Source: Clostridia bacterium (GTDB lineage Bacteria; Bacillota; Clostridia; Oscillospirales; CAG-272). From it: 64,000 nt of DNA. Positions 1 through 10,603 of this stretch are shown here, piece by piece. The stretch spans positions 38,860-102,859 of the forward strand of contig JAFXJX010000053.1 of assembly GCA_017532025.1 (NCBI GenBank), read 5' to 3'. The position numbers and the translations under genes are program-made. The first letter of the stretch is position 1. Each line of letters opens with the position of its first letter. The notes beneath the pieces were generated by a model that saw nothing but the letters and a program-made list of their open reading frames with translations, had not been told where the DNA came from and did not search any database.

Positions 1-32
1 AGTTCACTAATTTGTTCTTTGGTATATTCCAT
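1..32 (-). CDS. first 10 codons of an unidentified CDS that runs off the window (MEYTKEQISEL)
   Basis: ATG at 32-30 (minus) with GGAGGA 4 nt upstream; too short for a product call. Confidence 0.3.
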   Translation of the reverse strand, partial: MEYTKEQISE

Positions 33-53
33 AATATCCTCCAAAATCCTATA

Positions 54-638
54 CTAATTTTCACCGTATTGTTTTTGATATTCCTGATAATAATGATTCA
101 CTTTTTTTACATAGTTTTTTGTTTCTTTGAACGGAATGTAATAAAGTTGCTGTTGATCGTAAGAATACCGAGTGTCTGATAGCCACTTATCCACATTTCC
201 TTGCCCTGCATTATATGCAGCAAATGCCGTATCATAATTCTCGTATTTCCGATACAAAACAGAAAGAAATGCCACACCGCAACGAATATTGATTTCCGGA
301 TCATACATTTGTTTCAAGGTATAATCCTCCGAAAGCATACGGTTAATATCTTCCAAAGCCGCTGCCGTAATCTGCATCAAACCTCTGGCATTTTTAGAAG
401 ATTTTGCATACCGGTCAAAATTACTTTCCGCCTTAATAACAGCAAAGACCATTGCTTTCGGAAAGTCGAATTCCTCGCATGATGAATCCACATAACACTC
501 AAGTTCTTTATAAAAACGCTTCTCTGCTCTTTTTTGAACGATCACACCGATCAATATTAAATTGAATATGACAAGAAGAACCACACATAAAGTAAGTGCT
601 TGAGTAGACGGCAACTTTTTCAACAGCGTTTTTTTCAT
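54..638 (-). CDS. membrane-anchored lytic transglycosylase (SLT domain)
   Basis: 194-aa ORF with N-terminal TM helix; SLT motifs AESNF, GLMQI, AYNAG. Confidence 0.8.
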   Translation of the reverse strand: MKKTLLKKLPSTQALTLCVVLLVIFNLILIGVIVQKRAEKRFYKELECYVDSSCEEFDFPKAMVFAVIKAESNFDRYAKSSKNARGLMQITAAALEDINRMLSEDYTLKQMYDPEINIRCGVAFLSVLYRKYENYDTAFAAYNAGQGNVDKWLSDTRYSYDQQQLYYIPFKETKNYVKKVNHYYQEYQKQYGEN

Positions 639-1231
639 GTCAAAAGACCCATTTTAGTCAAAATAGTGCACACTTGTTTTTCCAAATCGTCGATCTCATT
701 GTTTTCGATACAAAAATCAGAATGCTCCCGAAAAAACGAGTCACTATATTGGTTGCAAATGCGTTTTTCTGCCAATTTCTTGGTAATACCATCACGTGCA
801 ACAAGTCGTTTAACACGTATTTGATGATCAGATATGACCGAAACGACATAGTCACAAAACTCTTGAAGCCCTGATTCAAACAATTGTGGTGCCTCGATCA
901 AAAAAGCACGTTCTCCTTGACGCTCTTTTTCTTCAGCAACTTTATTGATTCTGTCAAGCACAAATGGATGTACCGTTTGGTTCAAGAGAAGAAGCTTCTC
1001 ACGAGAAGCAAATACAATAGATGCAAGTTCTTTACGATTTACCGAATGATCCGATAACAAAACGCTGTCACCAAACAAGCGTACTATCGCTTCTGTACAC
1101 GGATTCTTTGAGCTGTATAATTCATGCACGATGGCATCAGAATTGATAGATGAAACACCGTATTTGGCAAAAACTTTTGTAACATAGCTTTTTCCGCTTC
1201 CCGAAACGCCTGTCAATCCAATTCGTATCAT
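635..1231 (-). CDS. coaE: dephospho-CoA kinase
   Basis: N-terminal P-loop IGLTGVSGSGKS, ~198 aa; start moved to ATG 1231 (GAGAGGG SD 6 nt upstream) from longest ORF start 1267. Confidence 0.85.
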   Translation of the reverse strand: MIRIGLTGVSGSGKSYVTKVFAKYGVSSINSDAIVHELYSSKNPCTEAIVRLFGDSVLLSDHSVNRKELASIVFASREKLLLLNQTVHPFVLDRINKVAEEKERQGERAFLIEAPQLFESGLQEFCDYVVSVISDHQIRVKRLVARDGITKKLAEKRICNQYSDSFFREHSDFCIENNEIDDLEKQVCTILTKMGLLT

Positions 1232-1303
1232 GTACATCCCTCTCTTATATATTTTATTATACAACATTTATTATTCTTTTTCAATAGATATTTAAAGTTT
1301 CTT

Positions 1304-1810
1304 TTAGTTCAAAAGCAAAATACAAAAATTCAAAAAAAAGAAAAAAACAAAACAAATCATACACGGAAGCAACAAAAAAGCTGCCAAGCGACTCCGTCTT
1401 ATAAAATATCGAAATACAAAAAGAGAAACAGAAATAATCGCGGCGATCACAACAAGTGCAAACGAAAACAGTCTCGCACCAAAGAAAATCGGATACCATA
1501 AAAACAGTGTCAAAAGAAAAACACCATACAAAATACAGGTATTGAGATTCCATCTGCTTCTTGAGCATTCATACGAAGATAGATATATTCCAAGCGCTAC
1601 ACCAAGTAGCAGATATAAGACAGTCCAAATCAAAACAAACACAAATGGCGGCGGTGCAAAATGCGGCAACACAAGGTATCGATAAATTGATGCACTTCCA
1701 CCTAAAAGAGCTGAGAGTATGCCGCAAATAAAGTGAAGTATAATCCCCAAAAAGATTGTTTTATAATCTGCACAATATAGTTCCCTTTTCCAATATTTTC
1801 CCCATTTCAA
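1304..1810 (-). CDS. TspO/MBR-family membrane protein
   Basis: 5-TM protein with the family-typical LPHFAPPPFVFVLIWTVLYLLLG segment; start set at in-frame TTG 1810 (GAGGTGA SD 5 nt upstream); longest ORF starts at GTG 1819. Confidence 0.65.
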   Translation of the reverse strand: MKWGKYWKRELYCADYKTIFLGIILHFICGILSALLGGSASIYRYLVLPHFAPPPFVFVLIWTVLYLLLGVALGIYLSSYECSRSRWNLNTCILYGVFLLTLFLWYPIFFGARLFSFALVVIAAIISVSLFVFRYFIRRSRLAAFLLLPCMICFVFFFFLNFCILLLN

Positions 1811-1845
1811 GAAAATCACCTCACATAATACCTATGTGAGGTGAT
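1811..1845 (-). terminator. rho-independent terminator after the PBP gene; its 3' arm carries the SD of the TspO-like gene
   Basis: 13-bp perfect stem ATCACCTCACATA/TATGTGAGGTGAT, 5-nt loop, then TTTT on the minus strand. Confidence 0.6.
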
Positions 1846-1862
1846 AAAACACTATGACTTTC

Positions 1863-4238
1863 CTACGCACCAAATAGCGGAATATGCCTTGAACAAAAAC
1901 GATTAAATGGGTAGTCACTATCACTTTTTCCAACATATACACCACTTGGTATATAGTTTTGATAATAGGGCGTGTTCAGATTATAACATGGCAAGAAGCT
2001 ATCAGGGAGTTCAATTGTACAATACTGTGCATCAACCACAAGCACTTCTACAGGAAATCCACGTTCTGTCAGCACAAGACTCACCGCAACAATCGAATCA
2101 TGCGGACACGAAGTTCCCGCAATTCCTTTTCCCTCGGTGCAGTAGGACAGCATGATATGTCGATCACAAGCTTCTTGCGGAAGATCTTCGATTGTAAAAT
2201 ATCCACTCATCACTTGTGATCCGCGCGGATCACACAAACACGCTTCTGTTGGCACTTTTCCAGAAACAGCACAGTACCTCGCCTCGTATAAAGCTTCATC
2301 CAGATGAAAACTATTCTCCGAATGACTGATTATCGTATGAATTTCACTCATAATATTATCCCATACGCGTAAATGTTCTTTCGATCCAACAGAAGAAAGC
2401 GAAGCGGGTATATCGTAACCAAGCCATATCCCTCCTATTGCATACGGAGTATAGCCCACGAACCAACGATCGTAGTTGTTGTTGGTTGTACCCGTCTTTC
2501 CTGCCACATCGGTTAGCTCTATCAGTTTTGTTATGGAACCGTATGCCGTCCCACCCTTTTTGGATATAACAGATGTTAAGAGCCGAGTCAAGGTATTTAC
2601 CGTTTCTTCTTTTGCAACAATCTCCTTGTATGGTGCGTTATCTACAATCAAACGGCCGTTTTTATCAGTAATTTTTAGCACGCATCGAGCTTCACTGTAA
2701 ATCCCTTTGTTTGCAAGTACACTGTAAGCAGATGTCAATTCAAGCAATGAGACACCATTTGTCATTCCACCAAGAGCCATAGCTGAAAGTGTTTTGTCAT
2801 TATTATCGCCGTTCGAAACTAAGGTTGAAAACCCAAGCGATTCAAGATAATCAAACGCATTCTCTATCCCTACTTTTTCAAGAACTGATACCGCAACAGT
2901 GTTCAAAGAATGTGAAACTGCATATTCAAGATCAACATACCCCCGATAAATGCGATCTGCATTCTCAGGCCATCCATACGGTGAGTAACCGTTACCAAAA
3001 TATAAAGGAATATCGTCAAAAGTTGAACTGTACCCAATTAACCCATTATCAAGCGCAGGAAGATACACCGATAAAGGTTTAATCGCAGATCCCGGCGATC
3101 GAGTACTTTGTGTTGCACGGTTCAAAATACGACTGGCATTTTTTTCTCCAATACCACCAACAAGTCCAAGAACATTCCCTGTATAAGGATCTATCACCAC
3201 AAAAGATGACTGTACTTCTTTTTTTGTAAAAAGTGTATCGTTTTTATAATAAGCTTCAAGCAAAGCCTGCACTTTTGGATTCACAGAAACCGTAATGCGG
3301 TATCCACCGTTATACAAATACTGTGTTGCTACTTTGGATGACACATTCAGTGTTTCCGACAGCAACTGCACAGTTTCGTTTATCACAGCATCGGTGTACC
3401 ATGAACTTGTGTTAATTTCACTTTTCTCATAATTTGGATTGAGTTCTAACGGCCTATCATATGTCTTTTGGTATTCATCTTGACTAATATATCCTTGCTC
3501 TAACATTTGCATCAGAATAATATTTCGCCGCTTTCGGTTATTATCAGGGTTTTGAATCGGATCCCATTTTGTCTGTGCCTGTGTGATTGCCGCAATCGCA
3601 ACAGATTCTAACAAATCAAGCTCTGCAACATCTTTGTTAAAATATAATTTAGCAGCAGCTTTTACGCCATATGTCCCTTGCGATAAATAAATTGAATTCA
3701 AGTACAATTCAAGAATGCTCTCCTTGGACATTTGTCGTTCCAGCTTGATTGCGCGAATGATTTCTGAAATCTTTCGTTTAATTGAAATATCATCCTCCCC
3801 CGTCAGATTCTTAATCAATTGTTGCGTAATGGTTGAACCTCCGGGTGATGCCCCATCTGATGTGATATACTTCCAGGTTGCCTTGAGCGTTGTGATAAAA
3901 TCAAATCCAATATGCGAATAGTATCGCTTATCTTCTATCGCGATAAAAGCGTTTTGCAGTTCCTTCGGAATCTCATCTAAAGTTGCATAATCATTCGTAC
4001 GCCCGGAAGAAAGCTCTCCAATTGCATATTCAATCAGATTTCCGTTTTCGTCATACGCATAGAGTTTTGAAGCTTCTCCATGATTACCGGCAAGAGCAAC
4101 AATATCGTCTACATCTTCTGACGTATATAGCTTCATGAAATATGCACTTCCTACAATAACCGCAAGAATCGCAACAGTCAATATCACAGAAAAAAGAATA
4201 AACAAAAAACGAAATACCGCTTGGATTAACTTTTTCAT
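1863..4238 (-). CDS. class A penicillin-binding protein (GT51 glycosyltransferase + transpeptidase)
   Basis: N-terminal TM; GT51 motifs EDKRYYSHIGFD and GGSTITQQL; transpeptidase SAIK (SxxK) and KTGTT; start ATG 4238 with CAGGAG SD. Confidence 0.9.
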   Translation of the reverse strand: MKKLIQAVFRFLFILFSVILTVAILAVIVGSAYFMKLYTSEDVDDIVALAGNHGEASKLYAYDENGNLIEYAIGELSSGRTNDYATLDEIPKELQNAFIAIEDKRYYSHIGFDFITTLKATWKYITSDGASPGGSTITQQLIKNLTGEDDISIKRKISEIIRAIKLERQMSKESILELYLNSIYLSQGTYGVKAAAKLYFNKDVAELDLLESVAIAAITQAQTKWDPIQNPDNNRKRRNIILMQMLEQGYISQDEYQKTYDRPLELNPNYEKSEINTSSWYTDAVINETVQLLSETLNVSSKVATQYLYNGGYRITVSVNPKVQALLEAYYKNDTLFTKKEVQSSFVVIDPYTGNVLGLVGGIGEKNASRILNRATQSTRSPGSAIKPLSVYLPALDNGLIGYSSTFDDIPLYFGNGYSPYGWPENADRIYRGYVDLEYAVSHSLNTVAVSVLEKVGIENAFDYLESLGFSTLVSNGDNNDKTLSAMALGGMTNGVSLLELTSAYSVLANKGIYSEARCVLKITDKNGRLIVDNAPYKEIVAKEETVNTLTRLLTSVISKKGGTAYGSITKLIELTDVAGKTGTTNNNYDRWFVGYTPYAIGGIWLGYDIPASLSSVGSKEHLRVWDNIMSEIHTIISHSENSFHLDEALYEARYCAVSGKVPTEACLCDPRGSQVMSGYFTIEDLPQEACDRHIMLSYCTEGKGIAGTSCPHDSIVAVSLVLTERGFPVEVLVVDAQYCTIELPDSFLPCYNLNTPYYQNYIPSGVYVGKSDSDYPFNRFCSRHIPLFGA

Positions 4239-4310
4239 AAACAAACTCCTGTTTCAGTGTTCAAAAAAAGTATTATCCAAACGGTATTCTGTTAATCATA
4301 AAGCAGAGTT

Positions 4311-7300
4311 TTAATATCTGAGAATCACATTTTCTTCGCCGCATAGTTGCTTTAAGGCGTTCACCACTGTACTTGATGTACGAAGTTTTTGCCCTGCAAG
4401 CTTATGATACTTCCCTTCCTTAGCATGATAGAATACAACTTCTGCATTGGCGCTTTCGGTAAAGATATTCAGTATTGCAACTGATCTACGATATATAGTA
4501 TCGTCAAACGACGAAAGACGTATAAAGATTTGTTTAGCCAACAATAAATCTTCACGATGGGTTGTGCCAAAGTATGCAACCTTAGAAGGTTCTTCTTTCT
4601 TGACTTCCGAAATTCCCTCTCGCGCAATTTGATCTTGATATGCGTTATTCGGAACAAGTGCCGATACCGCACTCGCAAGCAATTTGACACCGTCGTCTTC
4701 ACGAGTCGAAATCGTACCTGTTACGCAAACTGCGCGATCAATACCCAAACATACTGCAGCAGATTCATATACTTTAGGAAACAGAAGCACTTCAATCTCC
4801 CCATAATAATCTTCAAGCGTGATAAATGCCATCTCGTCACCTTTTTTGGTGGTTTTTCGGGCAACCTTGCGAATAATACCAAGAACGGTGACAACATCTT
4901 TATCGTGCATCATACCGAATTCTTCTGCGTTTTCGTCAAAAGAAGCATTAACCGTAACAATAGAAATATGCTTTCTTTGTGCAATATCAAAAGAATAGTC
5001 GTCTAATAAATTGCCTGATAGATAAATGCCTATTGTTTCTTTTTCAAGCTGTAGCTTGTGCTTGGTTGAAAGCGGCTCGCAATCGGGGTACTCAAACACA
5101 AACTTGGCAGGTGCTTCTTCCGGTGTAAGCATCGAAAACAGATCTGTCTGACCGGAAAGATCTTTTTGTATCATGTCAGCTAATTTGTTGTGTAACGCCT
5201 CAACCGAATTTAAAAGCTTATTTCTTTCCACACCAAAAGCATCAAACGCACCCACACGAATCAAAGCTGTTGATTGCTGCTTGGTAAGCCCGTATTTGAG
5301 CATTCGTTCCACAAAATCCACAAAGCCGGTAAAAGGTTCTTTTTGTCTCTCTCTCACGAGATGTTCGACCAAAGAATACCCAATATCTTTGATACCGACA
5401 AGTCCAAACCGAATGTGATTTTCTTGCACGGAAAAATCGGTGACGCTCTCGTTAATATCCGGAGAAAGCACTCTGATTCGTTGTTTTTTGCAATCATTGA
5501 TATACTCGGCAACTTTTGAATTATTCCCCATCACCGAGGATAACAGCGCCGCATAGTATTCAAGCGGATAGTGTGCTTTTAAATACGCTGTACGGTATGA
5601 AATAAATGCATAGGATGCCGCATGACTTTTGTTAAACGCATATTTGGTAAAACCGGACATTTCATCAAATAACTCCGAAGCCACAGCTTCGGGAATGAAA
5701 TTGTCTTTCGCACCTTGCAAGAACGCCGTTCGCTCTTTTTCGATTTCGCTACCTTTTTTCTTAGACATGGCACGCCGTATAATATCAGCTTTTCCATATG
5801 AAAAGTTTGCAACTCGACGGCAGATCTGCATGACCTGTTCCTGATAAATAATAATACCGCTGGTTTCATCAAGAATGTCTTTCAATTGAGGAATCTTATA
5901 TGATATACTTGCAGGATTTGCGCGGTATTCAAGATACTTGGGAATTGACTCCATCGGTCCGGGACGATATAGCGAAATAGCAAGCGTAATATCTTCAAGA
6001 TTACGTGGTTTCATATTAAAAAGCAATCTCTTGAGTCCCGCAGATTCCAGTTGGAAAACGCCTGCAGTTTGACCGTGTGCAATCAAATCAAGCGTTGCGC
6101 TGTCGTCAGATGGAATCAATTTTATATCAAAGGTTTTATCTTTTTTCTTGATCGCTTTTTCGGCACGGTCAATAATCGTTAAATTACGAAGTGCTAAAAA
6201 ATCGAATTTCAAAAGGCCAAGCGATGCTACGTTGTTCATATTAAACTGCGTTAAAACAACATCTCCGCTTGTTGCCATTGGCACATACGCCATAACGGGC
6301 TTTTCCGTAATGATAACCCCTGCCGCGTGCGTCGAAATGTTTCTCGGCATACCTTCAAGCGCTTTTGCTTTTTCAATCAGATTATCGACTTCCGGAGAAT
6401 TCTTACAGAGCTGTTTCAATTCATCGGTCATTAAATCCTCAAGTTTAGTTGCCTTGGAGTTGTTCAGCATTTTAACAATTCTGTCAACATCCGCATAAGG
6501 CATATCCAGAACCCGACCCACATCTCGTATGGCTTGTTTGGCTGCCAAAGTGCCAAACGTAATGATCTGTGAAACATGATCGCTTCCGTATTTTTGTGTT
6601 ACGTAATCAATCACAAGATCCCGTTTGTCATCACCGAAGTCGATATCAAAGTCGGGCATGGAAACGCGTTCAGGATTAAGAAATCGCTCAAAAAGCAGAT
6701 TGTATTTGATCGAATCCACTTCAGTGATACCAATGAGATAGGCAATCAAGCTGCCGGCACCCGATCCTCGGCCGGGTCCTACCGAAATATCATGCATTTT
6801 CGCATAGTTAACAAAATCCCAAACAATCAAATAATACTGATCATATCCCATTTTGGAAATGATCATCAGTTCATACAACAATCGGCTTTTATAATCATCC
6901 GGCGTCCTTGATTCGGTAAAAGTAATCTCACCGCTCTGAATCTTTTTTTCAAGTCCGTCTCTTGCAAGTTTTTCAAGATACTTTTTGGGCGTAAATCCAT
7001 CGGGAACACGGTATATAGGAAGCTGATTTTTTCCAAAAACAAAATCAAAATTACACATTTCAGCAATCTTGACCGTATTCTCAAGCGCTTCGGGACAAAA
7101 CGCAAACAAAGCTTGCATTTCATCGGTTGAACGGTAGTAAAACTCATCGGTTTCAAACCCAAAAGCATTCCCGCTGTTCAACTTAGCGTTTGTCTGAATA
7201 CACATAAGAACTGCCTGTGTTTCGGCATCGCGTTTGCGGATGTAATGCACGTCGTTGGTAGCAACAAGAGAAACACCTAATTTACGCGCAATTTTTATCG

Positions 7301-7868
7301 CTTCTTCATTCACAATCTTTTGCTCGGGAATGCGATTAGACTGTAATTCTATATAGAAATTCTCTTTTCCAAAAATCAACAGTAATTCTTGAGCATATCG
7401 TTCCGCTTCTTCTACATTGTCTTGCAATATAGCTTTGCTAATATGACTCGATAAACACCCCGAAAGACAAACAAGCCCCTCACTATGAGCTGCAAGAAGT
7501 TCCATATCAATTCGAGGCTTCATATAAAAGCCCTCGGTAAAAGCCTTTGAAACAAGTGTAATCAAGTTTTGATAGCCAACTTCGTTCTTCACCAAAAGGA
7601 CAAGATGACAGTTAAAAAAATTCTGATCTCGCTTTTTATCAAAACGGGAATGTTCGGCAACATAAACCTCACACCCGATAATAGGCTTTACACCTTCTTC
7701 TTTGCACGCCTTATAGAAATCAATTGCGCCATACATGACACCGTGATCGGTAATTGCCACTGCCGTATGTCCGTTCGCTTTGGCAGCTTTCGGAATATCG
7801 GCAATACGACAGGCACCGTCAAGAAGACTGTACTCGCTATGCAAATGCAAATGAACAAAAGAGCTCAT
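4311..7868 (-). CDS. dnaE: DNA polymerase III alpha subunit
   Basis: ~1185 aa; PHP-domain N-terminus FVHLHLHSEYSLLDGA; polymerase core and OB-fold tail; start ATG 7868 preferred over 7886. Confidence 0.93.
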   Translation of the reverse strand: MSSFVHLHLHSEYSLLDGACRIADIPKAAKANGHTAVAITDHGVMYGAIDFYKACKEEGVKPIIGCEVYVAEHSRFDKKRDQNFFNCHLVLLVKNEVGYQNLITLVSKAFTEGFYMKPRIDMELLAAHSEGLVCLSGCLSSHISKAILQDNVEEAERYAQELLLIFGKENFYIELQSNRIPEQKIVNEEAIKIARKLGVSLVATNDVHYIRKRDAETQAVLMCIQTNAKLNSGNAFGFETDEFYYRSTDEMQALFAFCPEALENTVKIAEMCNFDFVFGKNQLPIYRVPDGFTPKKYLEKLARDGLEKKIQSGEITFTESRTPDDYKSRLLYELMIISKMGYDQYYLIVWDFVNYAKMHDISVGPGRGSGAGSLIAYLIGITEVDSIKYNLLFERFLNPERVSMPDFDIDFGDDKRDLVIDYVTQKYGSDHVSQIITFGTLAAKQAIRDVGRVLDMPYADVDRIVKMLNNSKATKLEDLMTDELKQLCKNSPEVDNLIEKAKALEGMPRNISTHAAGVIITEKPVMAYVPMATSGDVVLTQFNMNNVASLGLLKFDFLALRNLTIIDRAEKAIKKKDKTFDIKLIPSDDSATLDLIAHGQTAGVFQLESAGLKRLLFNMKPRNLEDITLAISLYRPGPMESIPKYLEYRANPASISYKIPQLKDILDETSGIIIYQEQVMQICRRVANFSYGKADIIRRAMSKKKGSEIEKERTAFLQGAKDNFIPEAVASELFDEMSGFTKYAFNKSHAASYAFISYRTAYLKAHYPLEYYAALLSSVMGNNSKVAEYINDCKKQRIRVLSPDINESVTDFSVQENHIRFGLVGIKDIGYSLVEHLVRERQKEPFTGFVDFVERMLKYGLTKQQSTALIRVGAFDAFGVERNKLLNSVEALHNKLADMIQKDLSGQTDLFSMLTPEEAPAKFVFEYPDCEPLSTKHKLQLEKETIGIYLSGNLLDDYSFDIAQRKHISIVTVNASFDENAEEFGMMHDKDVVTVLGIIRKVARKTTKKGDEMAFITLEDYYGEIEVLLFPKVYESAAVCLGIDRAVCVTGTISTREDDGVKLLASAVSALVPNNAYQDQIAREGISEVKKEEPSKVAYFGTTHREDLLLAKQIFIRLSSFDDTIYRRSVAILNIFTESANAEVVFYHAKEGKYHKLAGQKLRTSSTVVNALKQLCGEENVILRY

Positions 7869-7897
7869 ATCATCCTGTCCTTTCATTTAGAGTAAAC

Positions 7898-8791
7898 TCA
7901 ATTTTTCTCCGCAAAATCAACAATGCGTTTCATACGATGATTAACCCCCGATTTTGTCAACGGAGGCTCATGTAAAGATGCGATTTCCGAAAGTGAACAT
8001 TCCGGATTCTGATACCGTATCATAGCCGTTGTCTTTAACTCTCCCGGGAGAAGCGATATCTTTCCGTTGTCCATCAATTTTCGAATGGCGCGCAAATGCA
8101 CATCTGCCGCACCTGTCGATCGATAGATATTCGAGGCATCGCAATTGGAACGTCTGTTTTCGTTATTGCGAATCTCTCGCATGATTTTGGCATTCATAAG
8201 ATCAAGAGCTGCGTGAGGTGCACCAATTACAGTCAAGAAATCTTCGATACTCTCACTATTCTTAAAATAAATTGAACAGCTTCCCTTTCTGTTGGCAAGC
8301 TTTGGGGAAAATCCGCTTTCACACAAAATGTGATACACCGCTTCACGCACAGCTTCACTCTTAAAAAGTACTTCAAGATGATACCCTCTCTTAACAGGAT
8401 CAGAAACTGTTCCGCCTGCAAGGAATAATCCTCGCAAAAAACACGGAAGACACGCATCACAAGTAGGCGCATTCCTTACGCTCTCCATAAACTCCGAAGC
8501 TGAAACAAGCACATTCTGTTTCTGTGCGTCCTCAAGCGGTTTCATTTTATAGTACGATACCACACCGGGTATTACACCGGATGTTTCGTAATACGGAATA
8601 ACACCGTACACATGTCGAAATGCCCACGACATAAGAGAACTTACTTTTTCGTTATCGGTTGAAAAAGTAATGATTTGATTTTGAAAATCAGAATGAGAAG
8701 CAAGCATACCGAAAAGCAGCGCTTTTCGACAACAAATTCGTTTCACTTGCAAAGACGACAGTATGTTTTTAACTTCAGAAGAAAAAGACAT
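7898..8791 (-). CDS. whiA: DNA-binding protein WhiA
   Basis: 297 aa; MSFSSEVKNIL N-terminus typical of WhiA; C-terminal HTH; lies directly downstream of rapZ as in Firmicutes. Confidence 0.85.
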   Translation of the reverse strand: MSFSSEVKNILSSLQVKRICCRKALLFGMLASHSDFQNQIITFSTDNEKVSSLMSWAFRHVYGVIPYYETSGVIPGVVSYYKMKPLEDAQKQNVLVSASEFMESVRNAPTCDACLPCFLRGLFLAGGTVSDPVKRGYHLEVLFKSEAVREAVYHILCESGFSPKLANRKGSCSIYFKNSESIEDFLTVIGAPHAALDLMNAKIMREIRNNENRRSNCDASNIYRSTGAADVHLRAIRKLMDNGKISLLPGELKTTAMIRYQNPECSLSEIASLHEPPLTKSGVNHRMKRIVDFAEKN

Positions 8792-8803
8792 GACAAATTC
8801 CTT

Positions 8804-9664
8804 TTATTTTTTAATATCTCTGTGCAATACAGTAGTAGTGCATACAGTTTTTTCAGAAAGATGTTTCGCAAGCGCCTCAGCCAAAGTCACAGAACGATGC
8901 TTCCCACCTGTACAACCAATCGAAATTGTCAAGTGAGATCTTCCGTCTTCAATATACAGCGGAATCAAATAATCAAACATGTCAAATAACTTTTCCGCAA
9001 ACTTAGTAACACTTTCGAATGACATTACGTAATCCGACACTTCCGCATCAAGACCGGTTTTATGCTTTAAACCATCTATGTAATACGGGTTCGGGAAACA
9101 GCGAACATCAAAAAGAAGATCCGAATCAGAAGGTATGCCGTATTTGAAGCCAAATGACATAATCGAAATGCCAATCATCGGGTGACTGTTTCCTGAAATA
9201 AAAGATATAATTCTATCTCGGAAAAGCGCAATCGAGAGCTTTGATGTATCCAACACCAAATCAGCATTCCCTTTAACTTCTTTAAGCATTTCGCGTTCAC
9301 GATCAATCGCTTCACTGAGCGTGCATTCTCTCGAGAGGATCAAAGGATGAACATGACGGCTCTCTTTATATCGATTGATCAGCACCTCTGTTGTAGCGTC
9401 TAAATAAACCAGTCTGCAAGCGTTTTCATTCTTCTTGATCACAGACACAACGTCTAATAGTTGTGAAAAATCATCACAGCCGCGAACATCCACCACCAAC
9501 GCAATCTTTTGGTTTTGTTTTTTTTGTTTTATATAAAGTTCAATAAACTGAGGAATCAGCAAAACTGGGATATTGTCAATACAATTATATCCGAAATCTT
9601 CAAGCACACTGCCTGCAACCGTCTTTCCCGCTCCGGACATACCGGTAACAATCACAATATCCAT
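8804..9664 (-). CDS. rapZ: RNase adapter / nucleotide-binding protein RapZ (YvcJ)
   Basis: Walker A GMSGAGKT; C-terminal CTGGKHRSV signature; start ATG 9664 (AGGAGA SD 9 nt upstream). Confidence 0.88.
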   Translation of the reverse strand: MDIVIVTGMSGAGKTVAGSVLEDFGYNCIDNIPVLLIPQFIELYIKQKKQNQKIALVVDVRGCDDFSQLLDVVSVIKKNENACRLVYLDATTEVLINRYKESRHVHPLILSRECTLSEAIDREREMLKEVKGNADLVLDTSKLSIALFRDRIISFISGNSHPMIGISIMSFGFKYGIPSDSDLLFDVRCFPNPYYIDGLKHKTGLDAEVSDYVMSFESVTKFAEKLFDMFDYLIPLYIEDGRSHLTISIGCTGGKHRSVTLAEALAKHLSEKTVCTTTVLHRDIKK

Positions 9665-9698
9665 TTCTATCATTCTCCTTACTTATCCTGATTCTTAA

Positions 9699-10598
9699 TC
9701 ATCTTTCCGGTATATAACGTATTTCCGGAATCAACTGTACACCGTAGACAGAATCAATTCTATTCTTGATCAGTTCTATCAGCGATAACACATCACATGC
9801 TGTTGCGTCTCCACGGTTTACAATAAATCCTGCGTGCTTTTCGGAAACAGAAGCTCCACAAACCGAAAGACCTTTCAAACCCGCCCTATCAATCAGTGCC
9901 GCAGGAATAACACCCTCGGTACGACGAAAAACACTTCCTGCGCTCTTGTCATTAACTGGTTGTGTCATGGTTCGTTTTTGCTTATTTTCTTCCATTTTAG
10001 CACGAATTTCGCTTTCTGTACCATACGAAAGACCGAGACAACAGGACAGAATAATTCGATCGGTATCTTGATATACAGAGTGACGGTAGGCAAAATCATG
10101 TTGCGTAATTTCCAATACATTTCCCTGTACATCCAAATAACGACTCGATAAAACAATGTCCGACATTGCACCGCCATGCGCGCCTGCATTCATGAAAATA
10201 GCGCCTCCAACCGTTCCTGGAATTCCACAAGCAAACTCAAGACCGGAAAGCGAATGTCTGGCAGCCTGAATCGAAAGCGAAATCAAAGGAACACCACACG
10301 ACACCTTCACAAGCGTATCCTGAAATTCAACGCCCCGAATTCCTTTCGTTAAAATAACAACGCCCCGAAAACCTTTGTCATCAAACAGCAGATTGGAACC
10401 ATTTCCAAATACACCGAAACGAATTTCATTCTCGCGGAGAAGAGTCACCAAGGAAAGAAACGCTTCTTCATTATGAGGTGTCACCAAGTAATCGGCAAGC
10501 CCCCCAATGCCAAATGTGGTATGGGGAGCAAGTCGAGCATCTGTTTGAAATGTAAGACGGTTAAAACTACTTTCTTTTACAAGGTAGTCTTTCAGCAT
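9699..10598 (-). CDS. murB: UDP-N-acetylenolpyruvoylglucosamine reductase
   Basis: FAD-binding domain motifs (GGLADYLV, GNGSNLL, IPGTVGGA), ~300 aa; start ATG 10598 with AGAGG SD. Confidence 0.88.
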   Translation of the reverse strand: MLKDYLVKESSFNRLTFQTDARLAPHTTFGIGGLADYLVTPHNEEAFLSLVTLLRENEIRFGVFGNGSNLLFDDKGFRGVVILTKGIRGVEFQDTLVKVSCGVPLISLSIQAARHSLSGLEFACGIPGTVGGAIFMNAGAHGGAMSDIVLSSRYLDVQGNVLEITQHDFAYRHSVYQDTDRIILSCCLGLSYGTESEIRAKMEENKQKRTMTQPVNDKSAGSVFRRTEGVIPAALIDRAGLKGLSVCGASVSEKHAGFIVNRGDATACDVLSLIELIKNRIDSVYGVQLIPEIRYIPER

Positions 10599-10603
10599 AA
10601 AAA

